Shown here in pieces: positions 13,291 to 23,537 of a stretch of 64,000 bases of DNA. Numbering within the stretch: position 1 is the stretch's first letter; every line of letters begins with the position of its first letter. Both the position numbers and the translations under genes were made by a program. The DNA comes from an uncultured delta proteobacterium (lineage in GTDB: Bacteria; Myxococcota_A; Polyangia; Polyangiales; Polyangiaceae). The stretch lies in contig CAWKKR010000008.1 of assembly GCA_963850305.1 (NCBI GenBank), positions 1,504,001-1,568,000 of the forward strand. The letters run 5' to 3'. The notes beneath the pieces were generated by a model, which did no database searches, was not told where the DNA came from, and saw nothing but the letters and a program-made list of their open reading frames with translations.

Positions 13291-13878
13291 CTACGACTTT
13301 TCGTCGAGACGTTTCTCGATGGCCGCAAGCCTGTCCGACAGCTTCTTCAGCTCGGCCTGAAGCTCCCGGATCGTCGAAAAGTTAGGTAGAACCGCGCGGA
13401 TGCGCTCGTCGATGGTGTGCTGCCACTGCTCGAGGGTCGCTCGGAGTCCTTTTTGCTGCGTGTCGCTTCCGGTCACTTCGTCCTCCTCCGACTCCGGCGG
13501 TTCCGGCACTTCGCCCTCCGCCGTCTCGCCCCCTTCTTCCGGCTGGTCCTTGGAGATCAAACGGCGGATGGGGTTCTCCCGGAGATGGGTCAGGATCTTT
13601 TCGCTCCGCTGCCGGATGAGCGCCTTCAATGTCGCCAGCGGAATGCCGCGCGGCCGCGCCTTCAGCTCCTCGGAGATGATGAGCGCAAGCGTGACGTCCG
13701 TCTTGTCCTCTTTCGTCGCGTTGTCGATGATCTGAACGTCTTCGTTCGCGCGGATCATCTCTGCGATCTGGAGCAGCGTGACGTACCGGCTGTCCTTCGT
13801 GTCGTAGAGCTTCCGATTCGAATAGCGCTTGATGATTCGGCGCTCGGGGGCTGCTTCGGGGCTCTCACCAGGAACCAT
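13291..13878 (-). CDS. PHA-synthesis-regulator (PhaR-like) DNA-binding domain protein
   Basis: IIKRYSNRKLYDTKDSRYVTL N-terminal motif and a coiled-coil C-terminus. Confidence 0.85.
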   Translation of the reverse strand: MVPGESPEAAPERRIIKRYSNRKLYDTKDSRYVTLLQIAEMIRANEDVQIIDNATKEDKTDVTLALIISEELKARPRGIPLATLKALIRQRSEKILTHLRENPIRRLISKDQPEEGGETAEGEVPEPPESEEDEVTGSDTQQKGLRATLEQWQHTIDERIRAVLPNFSTIRELQAELKKLSDRLAAIEKRLDEKS

Positions 13879-14080
13879 GCTCGTTTTCCCGTTCTCCGGC
13901 CTGCGTCGGCGATTATGACGTCGCGCGACGGCTTGCGCGCCACGTTTCGCCCGTTTCGCACAGTAAAGCGTTGTTGCTGCATGGCGTCAAGCTAGCTCGG
14001 GATTTCTCCGGGCTCACCCTCGGGCTTACCTTGTCCCCTTTTTCGCCCGGTATCGCCTCTGCACGGTATCGTTTTTTTCG

Positions 14081-15952
14081 ATGCGGGCTCGCTCGATTCG
14101 AGTGTCGAACGTCGGTCGTTTGGCGGTCTTTTCCGCCATTTTGGGCCTTGCCGGCTGTGCCAGGGACGCCGGCCCCGAGCTCCTCTCCGTCCACCGTCTC
14201 GACCCCGCGCGCGCCTCCTCGGGGGACCAGGTGACGCTGACGGGAGACGGCTTCCCGGAGGGCCGAAGCGCTCGGGTCACGTTTCGCGGCGACCTGTTCC
14301 GCCCCGGCGCGGACCCGGACCGGGATGTTCGCATCACGGTCCCGGCGGTCCCGGCGGCACGCGACACCATCATGTTCACCCTCGACCCCGCCGCCGAGCG
14401 TCGCTTCGCCGGCACGGGCGACGGCGCGCTCCACACGACATTTCGCGGCGACGTGCGCGTCACCTTCCAGCCCGCGTTGACGGGCGTCACGGCCGTCTCG
14501 GGTACGCTGCGGGACGTGCGCTTCGACGTCCTGCCGTCGCATCCCGCGACTGCGAGCGACGCCGTCGGGGCGCGTTCGCTCGCGTTCATCGGCGCGTCGG
14601 GCACCCTGGACCCGGGCGCTCGCGGGCTCGTTCTCGACGCCGTCGATCCTGGTGGTCGCGCGGCGCGCGCGGGTCTCGCTCCCGGCGACGTCATCGTCGC
14701 GATGGACGGCGTGTCGATTGTTTCTGCGGACGATCTCCACGCACGGGGCGGAGAGCACGTCGCGACGCTCGAGGTCGAGCGTGACGGACGCCTCTTGCCG
14801 TCGGTCCCTCTCGACGTCGAGGGGCTCGAGCCGCGCGGCGTCTCGGACCTCGGCGCGACCGCGTCGGCCGTGCTGTTCGCCTGCGCGGCGCTTGCGTTGC
14901 TCGCGACCCGCTTCGGCGTCTTGTTTCGCTTCATGGCGCGCCTGGTGGAGATTCGCCGTTCGCGACGTCGACAACCCCGAAGGTCGCTCGCACAGGGAAT
15001 TGCCGGCGCCCTGTTGCCTCCGCAGAACGAGGGCCCCGCACTCGGCGCGGCGGCACTCGTGCTGCTCCTTTCGATCGTGGTCGCCTTCCTGCGGCTCGCC
15101 CTCGGTAAGAGCTTGTTCTCGCCCGACCTGGATCTGACCGCCCTCGCGCTCGGCGCGAACGTCGCTCTCCTCGTCACGCGCTTCCTCGACGCCGGCACGC
15201 ATGACGGTGAAAGGTGGTCGCTGACGGCGGCATTCGGGGGCGCGGGTCGCACCCTCGTCTGCGTGTTGCCGGCGCTCGGCGCGCTCGGCGGCGCGGTCAT
15301 CGCGAGCGGAAGGTTCGTGCTCGCGGAAATGATGTCCGGGCAAGGGGGCACGCCGTGGAACTGGGCGAGCATGCGAAACCCGGGGCTCTTCGTGCTCTTC
15401 GTCGTGCTCGTGGCGACGACCGTGCCGGAAACGGAGGCGCGCGAAGGGCTCCACGCCGAGGGGCTCGCCGCGCCGGCAGTCCCGCGCCGTTCGACGACCC
15501 GGGCGTTGCTCCGTCTGGCCGAGTGGTCGAACCTGTGGATCGTCTCGGGGCTCGCGGTGGCCTTGTTCCTGGGTGGTGCTCGCGTGCCGGGCGTATCGTC
15601 GATGGCCCAGGAAGCGAGCCGGTCGCTGCCAGCCCTCGGAGCGGCGCTGTTCATCGTGAAACTGTGGGGGCTCGTGCTCGCGGTAGGCGCGTTGCGGTTC
15701 GCGGCCGGGCGCGTTGCGATCGAGGACGTCGCGCGGCTCGCGCTCGTCTACGCCCTTCCGCTCGCGGTCGCGGGGCTCGTCGTCGCGACGGGCTGGGCGG
15801 CGTTTCTCGATGGCGCTCGTTCGCAGTTCGCCGCCGACGTCTTCGGACGGACGTCCGTGGCGCTGATCGCGGCATTCCCGGTGCTCCTGGGCGTCCTTTC
15901 CGTGCGCGCGCGCGGCCGCACCAACCCGGTGACCGTCAATCCTTGGCTGTGA
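14081..15952 (+). CDS. lipoprotein with IPT/TIG-like and PDZ domains fused to a degenerate NuoH (complex I subunit 1)-like membrane domain
   Basis: LGLAGC lipobox; GDQVTLTGDGFP; PDZ-like VDPGGRAARAGLAPGDVIVAMDG; NuoH-like GQGGTPWNW..RNP and LAEWSNLWIVSGLAVALFLGG...FIVK. Confidence 0.7.
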   Translation: MRARSIRVSNVGRLAVFSAILGLAGCARDAGPELLSVHRLDPARASSGDQVTLTGDGFPEGRSARVTFRGDLFRPGADPDRDVRITVPAVPAARDTIMFTLDPAAERRFAGTGDGALHTTFRGDVRVTFQPALTGVTAVSGTLRDVRFDVLPSHPATASDAVGARSLAFIGASGTLDPGARGLVLDAVDPGGRAARAGLAPGDVIVAMDGVSIVSADDLHARGGEHVATLEVERDGRLLPSVPLDVEGLEPRGVSDLGATASAVLFACAALALLATRFGVLFRFMARLVEIRRSRRRQPRRSLAQGIAGALLPPQNEGPALGAAALVLLLSIVVAFLRLALGKSLFSPDLDLTALALGANVALLVTRFLDAGTHDGERWSLTAAFGGAGRTLVCVLPALGALGGAVIASGRFVLAEMMSGQGGTPWNWASMRNPGLFVLFVVLVATTVPETEAREGLHAEGLAAPAVPRRSTTRALLRLAEWSNLWIVSGLAVALFLGGARVPGVSSMAQEASRSLPALGAALFIVKLWGLVLAVGALRFAAGRVAIEDVARLALVYALPLAVAGLVVATGWAAFLDGARSQFAADVFGRTSVALIAAFPVLLGVLSVRARGRTNPVTVNPWL

Positions 15953-16859
15953 GGCGGCCCTGGCGCGCCCGGTGCCCCTTCTCTTCGGAACCCAGCTCGG
16001 TGATGACGTCGCGGGTCCGCTCGGCGATGGCGCGATAAGCGCGCGGAGAGCCTCGCGCGGAGAGTAGATCGCCGTAATCGATCGGTTTGCCGAAGACGAT
16101 GTGCACGGGCGTCCCGGTACCGTCGTAATTGCTCGTCACCTGCTTCCGTAGATCGTTGACGAGACCATTCACGAACACCGGAATCACGGTCGTTCGGGAA
16201 CGGTGGATGAGGCGTCCCACTCCGGGTTGCGCGGGGAGCAAGGTGTACGGGTCGTCGTCCTTCTTGCGGGTGCCCTCGGGGTGCATCCCGAGAAACGCGC
16301 CGCCACGCCGGAGCATCCACGCGAGCTCGTCCAGACCGACGAGGTTGAGCGCCGCGCGCGATCGCTCGCGGAAGATCGGCGGATACATCGCGAGAAAGCT
16401 CATGACGCCGTTCACGAACAAGCCGAGCGCGCTGTCGTAGAAAAACTCGGCCCGCACCGGGAACACGAGCCGATGGGGCATGCCGCGCCGGACCAGATAC
16501 GCGGTCACGACGTAGAGGTCGAAGAAGCTCCGGTGATTCGACGCGCAGATGTAGCTCTTCTCGGGGTCGAACTCCGGCACGCGCTCGAGGCCGTGAACGT
16601 GAAGCAGGTTCTTGGTGACGATCGTGATCCACTGGGAACCGACGTGACGCTGGCAGAGGCGCACCGCACGATCGAGCGCGCCGGGCTCGAACGTGCGGCG
16701 AACCGCTCCGATCGTGAACCGCTCCATTCGACTCAACCGCTCGCCGCCCTCCTTGACGAGATCGGGGCGGCGCGCGTTCGCGTCGATCGGTACGACGCCG
16801 CTGCTCGCCTCGCCGGTCTCCTCCGGCGCCCTCTCCCGCTCTGCGTTCCCGGGTCTCAT
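15936..16859 (-). CDS. lysophospholipid acyltransferase (PlsC-like)
   Basis: NHRSFFD (HX4D) and HPEGTR motifs. Confidence 0.9.
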   Translation of the reverse strand: MRPGNAERERAPEETGEASSGVVPIDANARRPDLVKEGGERLSRMERFTIGAVRRTFEPGALDRAVRLCQRHVGSQWITIVTKNLLHVHGLERVPEFDPEKSYICASNHRSFFDLYVVTAYLVRRGMPHRLVFPVRAEFFYDSALGLFVNGVMSFLAMYPPIFRERSRAALNLVGLDELAWMLRRGGAFLGMHPEGTRKKDDDPYTLLPAQPGVGRLIHRSRTTVIPVFVNGLVNDLRKQVTSNYDGTGTPVHIVFGKPIDYGDLLSARGSPRAYRAIAERTRDVITELGSEEKGHRARQGRLTAKD

Positions 16860-16866
16860 GCGTTCG

Positions 16867-17676
16867 TCAGGAAAGTTTCGGATCGTCGAACAGGATGTCG
16901 ATATAAAAGGGCGGTGGCAAGAGGCCATCGAGCACGCTCGCCAGGCGCTCCGCGAGCGACGCCCGGTCGACGTCGGGGCTCGCGCCGATCACGTTCAGGG
17001 TGAGGTGCGGCTCGAGGTCGCGCTCCGGACTGAACGTCCGCGAGAGCGTGTGGCGGGGGTTTCCCGCGATGTCCTTCAACGTCGCCTCCACGGCGTGTAC
17101 GAGGGCCTCCGCCGGCGGGCCGTCGAGCTCGGCGATCAGCCGCTCCTCATCCTCGCCGAACGGGATCTCCGCGACGTAGCCGACGAGCGGCAAAGGCTTA
17201 CCTTGTGCGATGCTGCCGATCTCGTGACGGTGGAGGATGAGCTCGGTCTCGTCGAAGGGGTTCAGCAGGAGTCCGCCGACGCGCTCGCCGTCGACGATGG
17301 CGAGCGCGAGCTCGAGCACGACCGGCCATGGCAGTGACACGTATTCGAGCTCACCATCGCCGGTGGTCCATCGCGTCGTTTCGGTCGCGTGTTCGAGCAA
17401 CTTGGCGCGAGTGAAGACCGGAAGATACCCGACGCGCTCGCCGTCGAAGAGCAAATGTGGGGAGAGCGAGAGCTCGTCACCCACCGCCTGGTCGACGCCG
17501 ATGGGCAGGTCTTCGATGCGGCGCGCGAGCGGTACGAAGAGCCGGGCCGTCCGGAGGGCTTCGAGGAGCCCCGCGACGTCGCGCCGGAACCCCCGGCGCG
17601 CCGTTCGAACTTGCGCCGTGACGTCACCGTCCGGTTCCTGGACTTCGTTCGGAGGACCGTCGGTCGCGCCTTCCAT
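16867..17676 (-). CDS. SseB-family protein
   Basis: LRTARLFVP, YLPVFT and GLLLNP form an SseB-like pattern. Confidence 0.65.
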   Translation of the reverse strand: MEGATDGPPNEVQEPDGDVTAQVRTARRGFRRDVAGLLEALRTARLFVPLARRIEDLPIGVDQAVGDELSLSPHLLFDGERVGYLPVFTRAKLLEHATETTRWTTGDGELEYVSLPWPVVLELALAIVDGERVGGLLLNPFDETELILHRHEIGSIAQGKPLPLVGYVAEIPFGEDEERLIAELDGPPAEALVHAVEATLKDIAGNPRHTLSRTFSPERDLEPHLTLNVIGASPDVDRASLAERLASVLDGLLPPPFYIDILFDDPKLS

Positions 17677-17714
17677 CGCGCCGTGATATCCCACGAAGCT
17701 TACTCGCCGCAACG

Positions 17715-20700
17715 ATGAGCCTCACCAGTCGCTTCGAACCGGTCGCTCGGCTCCTTCGCGAGCGGACGCGTCGCTCGTTCCTGACGGAGGAGCGCGCGCA
17801 CGTGGAGTTCGGCGGCGTCGGAGACGACGAGTTCGCGGCCTTCGAGCAGAGTCTCCGCGCGTTCGCGGCTGCGGACGGCCGCATCCGCCGGCTCGAGATC
17901 AACGTTGCGACACGCCGCGTCCTGTTCGTGTTCGAGCGCGGCGCGTGTGCGCTCGCCGAGCTCGTGTCCGCCGTCGAGGAAGCGGAGCGCGCCGCCGGTG
18001 TCGATCGCGCGCGATTCCAGGGGACGGCGGAGCACCCCGCGGACCTCGAGCCGGCCCTCCGGCGCCTGCTGGGCCTCACCGCCGACGTCGCGGCGCTGTT
18101 CGCCGGGCTCGGTCTGTCCATCACGCCGCTGCCGGCGCTTCCGTTCGCGGGCAACGCGGCCGCCGTCCTCTCGCTCATCGAGAACGTCGTGCGGCTCCGC
18201 GCCGCGCTCGACGAGCGGATCGGCAGGGAGCGCGCGGAGCTGGTCCTGCATTTCGGCACGGCGTTCTTCTCGGCGCTCGCGCAGCGACCCATGACGTCGC
18301 TCGTCGACGCGATCCACGAGCTCGGGCTCCTGCGCGAGGCGCAGGCAGAGCGTGAAGCCTGGCTCCGGCTCGAGCCGCAGCTCGCGTCGATCGGCGGCAA
18401 TGGCGTCGTGGGTTTGCCGCGGACGGACGCGCGTCCGGAGAAGTTGCCGCGCGGTCCGATCGAAGAATACGCGGACCGCGCGTGGATCGTGTCCGTTGCA
18501 GGTTTCGCGGTCAGCTTTGCGACGACGCGGAGCCTGCAGCGCGCCATCGCTGCGCTCTACGGCAGCTTGCCGCGCCCCGCCCGACTCGGGCGCGATATGT
18601 TCTCCGCCGAGATAGCCCGGATTCTCTCCAGTCGCGACGTCCTCGTCGTCGACGCGGACGCGCTCCGTGTGCTCGATCGCATCGATTGCCTCGTGCTCGA
18701 GGGCGACATCGTTTCGGCGCGGGCGTTCGGACTCGGTACGGTCCACGTCGAGGACGGCTTCGACGAACACGCGGTACAAGGCGCGGTCGCCGGGCTCTTC
18801 GACCCGGATCACCCGCTCGTCGAACAGGCACGCGGCGGGTATCGGCTGGCGCCCTTCCGGCTCGCGTCGGCTTCTCCCTCGACGAAGCTCGAGGAGCTCG
18901 CGCGCGGTCTATCGCGGCGCGGTGCGCTGGTGCTCGTCCTCGAGCGAGGTAGCGCCGTCGCCGCCATCGTCGAGGTCGCCATCACGGCGCGGATCGGACT
19001 CGACGAGCTCGTGACGGCCGCTCACGACGCCGGCATGCGCGTGGTCGTCGCGTCCGACGATGACACAATCCTCCAGGCCGTCAGCGCCGACGACGTCATC
19101 GGCGGGCGCGAGGGTCTACGCGCCGGCATCCGGCGGCTCCAGCGCGAGGGGCGCGGCGTGTGTCTCGTCGCGACGGGCAATTCCCCGGGCTTGCCGCTCG
19201 CGGACTTCGCCATCGGGTTGCGTCGCGCGGGGCGGCCCACGCCGTGGGGCGCGCACGTCCTGTGTCCGGACGACCTCGCGGAGGTGCACTTGCTCCTTCG
19301 TGCGTGCGTGCGCGCGCGGGAAGTATCGCGGCAGAGCGTCAACATCGCCCTCGGAGCGGCGGCGTTCGGCGCGCTCGTCTCCGCGGGTGGACTCTTGCCG
19401 CTCACGACACGTCGCGTGATGTTCGTCGTGAACGCCGGGACTCTGATGTCCATGGCCAACGGCGTCCGCGGTTCGATCGCGATCCGCAGACTCACGCTGC
19501 CCGCCTCCCGCGACCCGACGCCGTGGCACGCGCTCGACGCGGAGGGCGTGCTCGGACGCCTCGTCAGCTCGAAGCAAGGTCTCACGCGCGTCGACGCGCT
19601 CGAACGGCGCGCGCCGGCGTTCGATGCGCCGTCTCAGCTCCGCGAGCTCGCCGAGGCCATCACCGACGAGCTCTTCAGTCCGCTGGCCCCGCTGCTCGCG
19701 GCCGGCGCCGGTCTCTCGGCGGCCGTCGGCTCGATAGCGGACGCAGCCATGGTCGGCGGGGTCGTCGGTGTCAACGCGCTCTTCGGCGGCGTTCAGCGGT
19801 TCGCGACGGAGCGGAAGCTCCGCGCCCTGTCGCGAGCCGATCGACGCCGCGCGCTCGTGCGCCGGGACGCGCAATTCGTGGGCGTCGACGCCGCCGAGCT
19901 CGTTCGCGGCGACGTCGTCCACGTCTCGACCGGAGACGTCGTGCCCGCGGATTGTCGCATCCTCGATGCGACGGGCGTCGAGGTGGATGCGTCGAGCCTC
20001 ACCGGAGAGTCGCTCCCCGTGAAGAAGTTCGCCACACCGTCGTTCGAGTCGCAGCCCGCGGACCGGTCGTCGATGCTGTACGAGGGTACGACGCTAGTTT
20101 CGGGGCAGGCGACGGCCGTCGTCGTTGCCGTTGGCCGTCACACGGAGGCGCGGCGCGGCGCGACCTTCGGACGCGCACGTCAGACGGGCGGCGTGGAGCG
20201 GCGCCTCGGCGATCTGATGAGCCTGACCGGCCCCGTCGCACTCGGTGCGGGCGTCGGTGTCGTCGCGGCGGGGCTCTTGCGCGGACGCAAGCTCGAAGAC
20301 CTCGTCGGCTCCGCGGTGAGCCTCGCGGTCGCATCCGTTCCGGAAGGGCTTCCGCTTCTCGCGACCGCGGTGGAGCTCGCGGCTGCGGAGCGTCTGTCCG
20401 GGCGCGGCGCGCTCGTCCGCAACCCGCGCGCGATCGAGGCGCTGGGACGCGTCGACGTCGTGTGCCTGGACAAGACCGGGACCGTCACCGAAGGCACGCT
20501 CGCGCTCGCGCTCGTGTCGGACGGCCAGCATGGAGCGCCCCCGGACCTGCTCGGTGCTTCACAGCGTTCGGTCGTGGCTGCGGCGCTGCGCTCGACGTTC
20601 CGCGAATCTTCCTCGGGGCGCGGCGATCCGACGGACGCAGCCCTCGCCCAGGGCGCAGAGATCGCGCTCGTGGACGCAACGCACGAGTGTGTTTCGTGGA

Positions 20701-22100
20701 GAAGAACGGGCGACCTATCGCTGTCGCTGGGCCGCGCCTATCACGCCGTCCTCGGACGGACGGACGAAGGCTCGCGGCTCTCCGTCAAGGGCGCGCCCGA
20801 GGTGCTTCTCCTTCAATGCACGCGCCGGGCGCGCGACGGCAACGTCGAACCCCTCGACGACGCCGGTCGCATCGCGCTCGTGACCGAATCCGCACGGCTG
20901 GCGGCGAAGGGTCTCCGCGTGCTCGCCGTCGCGGAACGCGCGATGGCCTCGGACGTGCCGCTCGACCCCGAGCACGTCGTCGATCTGACGTTCCGGGGTT
21001 TTCTCGCGTTCCGCGACCCCGTTCGCGCCTCGGCGTCCGAAGCCCTGCGCGGCATGCGGCGCGCGGGTGTCCGCACCGTCATGATCACCGGCGACCATCC
21101 GAGCACCGCGGAAGCGATCGCCGTCGAGCTGGATCTCCTGCAGGGCGGCTCGGTCGTCACTGGCGCGGAGCTCGCGGCGATGAAGGACGCCGAGCTCGAC
21201 GCGCGGGTCCCCGGCATCGCCGTCTTCGCCCGCGTCACGCCGTCGCAGAAGGTGCGCGTCGTCCGGGCGCTCCAGCGCGCGGGCTCGATCGTCGCGATGG
21301 CGGGGGATGGTGCGAACGACGCCGCGGCCATTCGCCTCGCCGATGTCGGCATCGCGATCGGCGAAGCCGCGACGCAAGCCGCGCGCAGCGCCGCCGACAT
21401 CATCGTCACGGACGGTCGCATCGAGACGATCGTCGCGGCGATCGTGGAAGGGCGCGGGATGTGGGCTCGCGTCCGCGACGCGGTGTCGATCTTGGTGGGG
21501 GGCAACCTCGGCGAGATCGGATTCACGCTGATCGCGGGATTGCTCGACGGCAGCCCCGCCCTCCATGCGCGGCAGCTCCTGATCGTGAACCTCCTGACGG
21601 ACATCGCCCCGGCGATGGCCGTCGCGCTGCGGCCTCCCTCGCCGCAAACGTTCGAGTCGCTGGCTCGCGAAGCGCCGGACGTCGCGTTCGGCGCCTCGCT
21701 CGACCGCGACATCGCGGCGCGCGCCATCGTGACCGCTCTCGGCGCGGGCGGCGCGTGGACCGTCGGCCGCATCATCGGATCCCGGGCGAAAGCGCGCACC
21801 ATCGGCCTTGCGGCCCTCGTCGGCACGCAGCTCGGTCAGACGCTCACCTCCGGCGAATTCAGCCGCCCCGTCGTCCTCACGAGCCTGGCTTCCGCGGGTG
21901 CGCTCATGGTCCTCATTCAGACGCCCGGAGTGAGCCACTTCTTCGGCTGTCGCCCCCTCGGCCCCATCGCCTGGACCACCGCGATCGGCGCTTCCGTCGT
22001 CGCGACGGCACTTTCCAGTGTCGTCGAGCGCGTGATGGAGGGTCGAGTGCCCGGCGCGAGTGGGACGCCGGGGTTGGTCAGGGCAGACGCGCCGGCGTGA
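17715..22100 (+). CDS. giant cation-transporting P-type ATPase (CtpH/CtpI-like)
   Basis: 1461 aa; TGES, VPEGLP, DKTGT, KGAPE, TGDH, GDGAND, NLLTD. Confidence 0.93.
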   Translation: MSLTSRFEPVARLLRERTRRSFLTEERAHVEFGGVGDDEFAAFEQSLRAFAAADGRIRRLEINVATRRVLFVFERGACALAELVSAVEEAERAAGVDRARFQGTAEHPADLEPALRRLLGLTADVAALFAGLGLSITPLPALPFAGNAAAVLSLIENVVRLRAALDERIGRERAELVLHFGTAFFSALAQRPMTSLVDAIHELGLLREAQAEREAWLRLEPQLASIGGNGVVGLPRTDARPEKLPRGPIEEYADRAWIVSVAGFAVSFATTRSLQRAIAALYGSLPRPARLGRDMFSAEIARILSSRDVLVVDADALRVLDRIDCLVLEGDIVSARAFGLGTVHVEDGFDEHAVQGAVAGLFDPDHPLVEQARGGYRLAPFRLASASPSTKLEELARGLSRRGALVLVLERGSAVAAIVEVAITARIGLDELVTAAHDAGMRVVVASDDDTILQAVSADDVIGGREGLRAGIRRLQREGRGVCLVATGNSPGLPLADFAIGLRRAGRPTPWGAHVLCPDDLAEVHLLLRACVRAREVSRQSVNIALGAAAFGALVSAGGLLPLTTRRVMFVVNAGTLMSMANGVRGSIAIRRLTLPASRDPTPWHALDAEGVLGRLVSSKQGLTRVDALERRAPAFDAPSQLRELAEAITDELFSPLAPLLAAGAGLSAAVGSIADAAMVGGVVGVNALFGGVQRFATERKLRALSRADRRRALVRRDAQFVGVDAAELVRGDVVHVSTGDVVPADCRILDATGVEVDASSLTGESLPVKKFATPSFESQPADRSSMLYEGTTLVSGQATAVVVAVGRHTEARRGATFGRARQTGGVERRLGDLMSLTGPVALGAGVGVVAAGLLRGRKLEDLVGSAVSLAVASVPEGLPLLATAVELAAAERLSGRGALVRNPRAIEALGRVDVVCLDKTGTVTEGTLALALVSDGQHGAPPDLLGASQRSVVAAALRSTFRESSSGRGDPTDAALAQGAEIALVDATHECVSWRRTGDLSLSLGRAYHAVLGRTDEGSRLSVKGAPEVLLLQCTRRARDGNVEPLDDAGRIALVTESARLAAKGLRVLAVAERAMASDVPLDPEHVVDLTFRGFLAFRDPVRASASEALRGMRRAGVRTVMITGDHPSTAEAIAVELDLLQGGSVVTGAELAAMKDAELDARVPGIAVFARVTPSQKVRVVRALQRAGSIVAMAGDGANDAAAIRLADVGIAIGEAATQAARSAADIIVTDGRIETIVAAIVEGRGMWARVRDAVSILVGGNLGEIGFTLIAGLLDGSPALHARQLLIVNLLTDIAPAMAVALRPPSPQTFESLAREAPDVAFGASLDRDIAARAIVTALGAGGAWTVGRIIGSRAKARTIGLAALVGTQLGQTLTSGEFSRPVVLTSLASAGALMVLIQTPGVSHFFGCRPLGPIAWTTAIGASVVATALSSVVERVMEGRVPGASGTPGLVRADAPA

Positions 22101-22167
22101 GGCGGCGCGGCCCTCGACCGGCGTGCCGGCGTGGCTTCGTCCGCTCGCGTGAGCTAACGTCCGTGAC

Positions 22168-22746
22168 GTGGCGCAGCCTCGGTTGCTACAGGAACCCCTG
22201 GACGTATATCGGCGCCTCCTCGACGAAGAGGTTCGCGTCGAGCTCATCGGCGGCGAGGTCGTCGTTCACACGGCACCTGGGATGCTTCACGGCTTCGGTC
22301 TCGCGGGGCTGAGTTCGGATTTGTATCAGAGCTATCAGCGTGGGCGAGGGGGACCCGGCGGCTGGTGGATTCTCAACGAGGTGGACGTGCTGCTGGCGCC
22401 GGGAATGCAGGCGTACCGTCCGGATATAGCCGGATGGAGAGCCGCCCGCATGGAACGTGTTCCCGTGGAGCGTCCGGTGGCAATCGTGCCGGACTTCGTC
22501 TGCGAAGTACTCTCCCCCTCGAACGCGCACTGGGAGCGGGGGCCGAAGAAGACCGGTTACGAGCGAGCGGGCGTGAGCTGGTACTGGCTGTTGGATCCCG
22601 CCGCCCGGAGCCTCGAAGCTTACGAGCGTGTCGAAGGTTCGTATCGACCCGCGGGCGGCATCGACGCGAACGGCACGGGACGCATTTGCCCGTTCGAAGG
22701 GGTCCTCCTCGACATGCGACAGCTATTTCCGATCGACGGACCGTGA
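22168..22746 (+). CDS. Uma2-family endonuclease
   Basis: RVELIGGEV, GPGGWWI..E, PDIAGWR, PDFVCEVLSPS, GVSWYWLLDP. Confidence 0.92.
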   Translation: MAQPRLLQEPLDVYRRLLDEEVRVELIGGEVVVHTAPGMLHGFGLAGLSSDLYQSYQRGRGGPGGWWILNEVDVLLAPGMQAYRPDIAGWRAARMERVPVERPVAIVPDFVCEVLSPSNAHWERGPKKTGYERAGVSWYWLLDPAARSLEAYERVEGSYRPAGGIDANGTGRICPFEGVLLDMRQLFPIDGP

Positions 22747-22832
22747 GCGCTTCCACGCCCGCGGCTCACCGGTGGTCAGTTCGCCGGTGAGCGCGGCACA
22801 GTCCGCGACGAACTGCCCGAGAGGTTGCGGGA

Positions 22833-23421
22833 CTACCGCTCGAGGTACGGCATCTCGACGACGAGCGCCCAGGGCTCGGCGCCGCGGTAGAAGACCGCGG
22901 TCATCGCGCCAGCGCGCCGGCGCCGTGCGTCGACGACGAGCGCCACGACCTGTTCGCCGGCATGCACCGCGTGACCGGACACCTCGTGTGAGCACGTCCC
23001 CGTCGCGGAGTCCCACGCCGAGACTCGAGACGCCCGACAGCTCGATCCCCGCCGGACGCGCGGCGCTCTCGGGAACCGGCCGCCCCGAGGGCACCGCGAA
23101 GGCACGCGAGAGCCTGAGCACCGTGGCGGCACCGATGACCAGCCCATGACGCGGCAGGGTACCGTGCCCTCGCGACCGCCCCCCGCGCGAGGCGAACGCC
23201 GAGAGAGCGCGCTGCTCCCCGGGGACCGCGACGTCCGCGCCCGAAACGGCGTCGGGCGCGAGCGGACCGTCGGGAGCTGGAGCCGGGCACAGTGTCGTGA
23301 GCGCGCTTCCAGCCGTCGCTCCGAGCGACCGCGCCGATGCTTCGACGCGGGCCTCGAGCCCCCACCCGATCGACGGTGGCACGAGGAGCGCGAAAAGGGA
23401 GAGCACTCGGCCGACGGTCAC
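22833..23421 (-). CDS. membrane-anchored protein with PDZ-like C-terminus; frameshift near 22990
   Basis: ...GVGLRDGDVLT continues in another frame as EVSGHAV...VFYRGAEPWALVVEMPYLER. Confidence 0.6.
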
Positions 23422-23537
23422 GACGCAGCAAGTGTATCACGCCGTAGCCGATAGCCTCGATATTGGTCAGCGATCTTCAGGGAGCACACCTTCAGCGTCT
23501 TGCCCCGGAAGGTCTTGCCCCGGAAGCCGTACTCGCT

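Noticed and set aside
19160..22312. Very long alternative-frame or antisense ORFs (also 969-3050, 31925-34801, 60455-63052)
   Set aside because: These are shadow ORFs typical of high-GC DNA: Arg/Ala-rich, without motifs, and overlapping well-supported genes.
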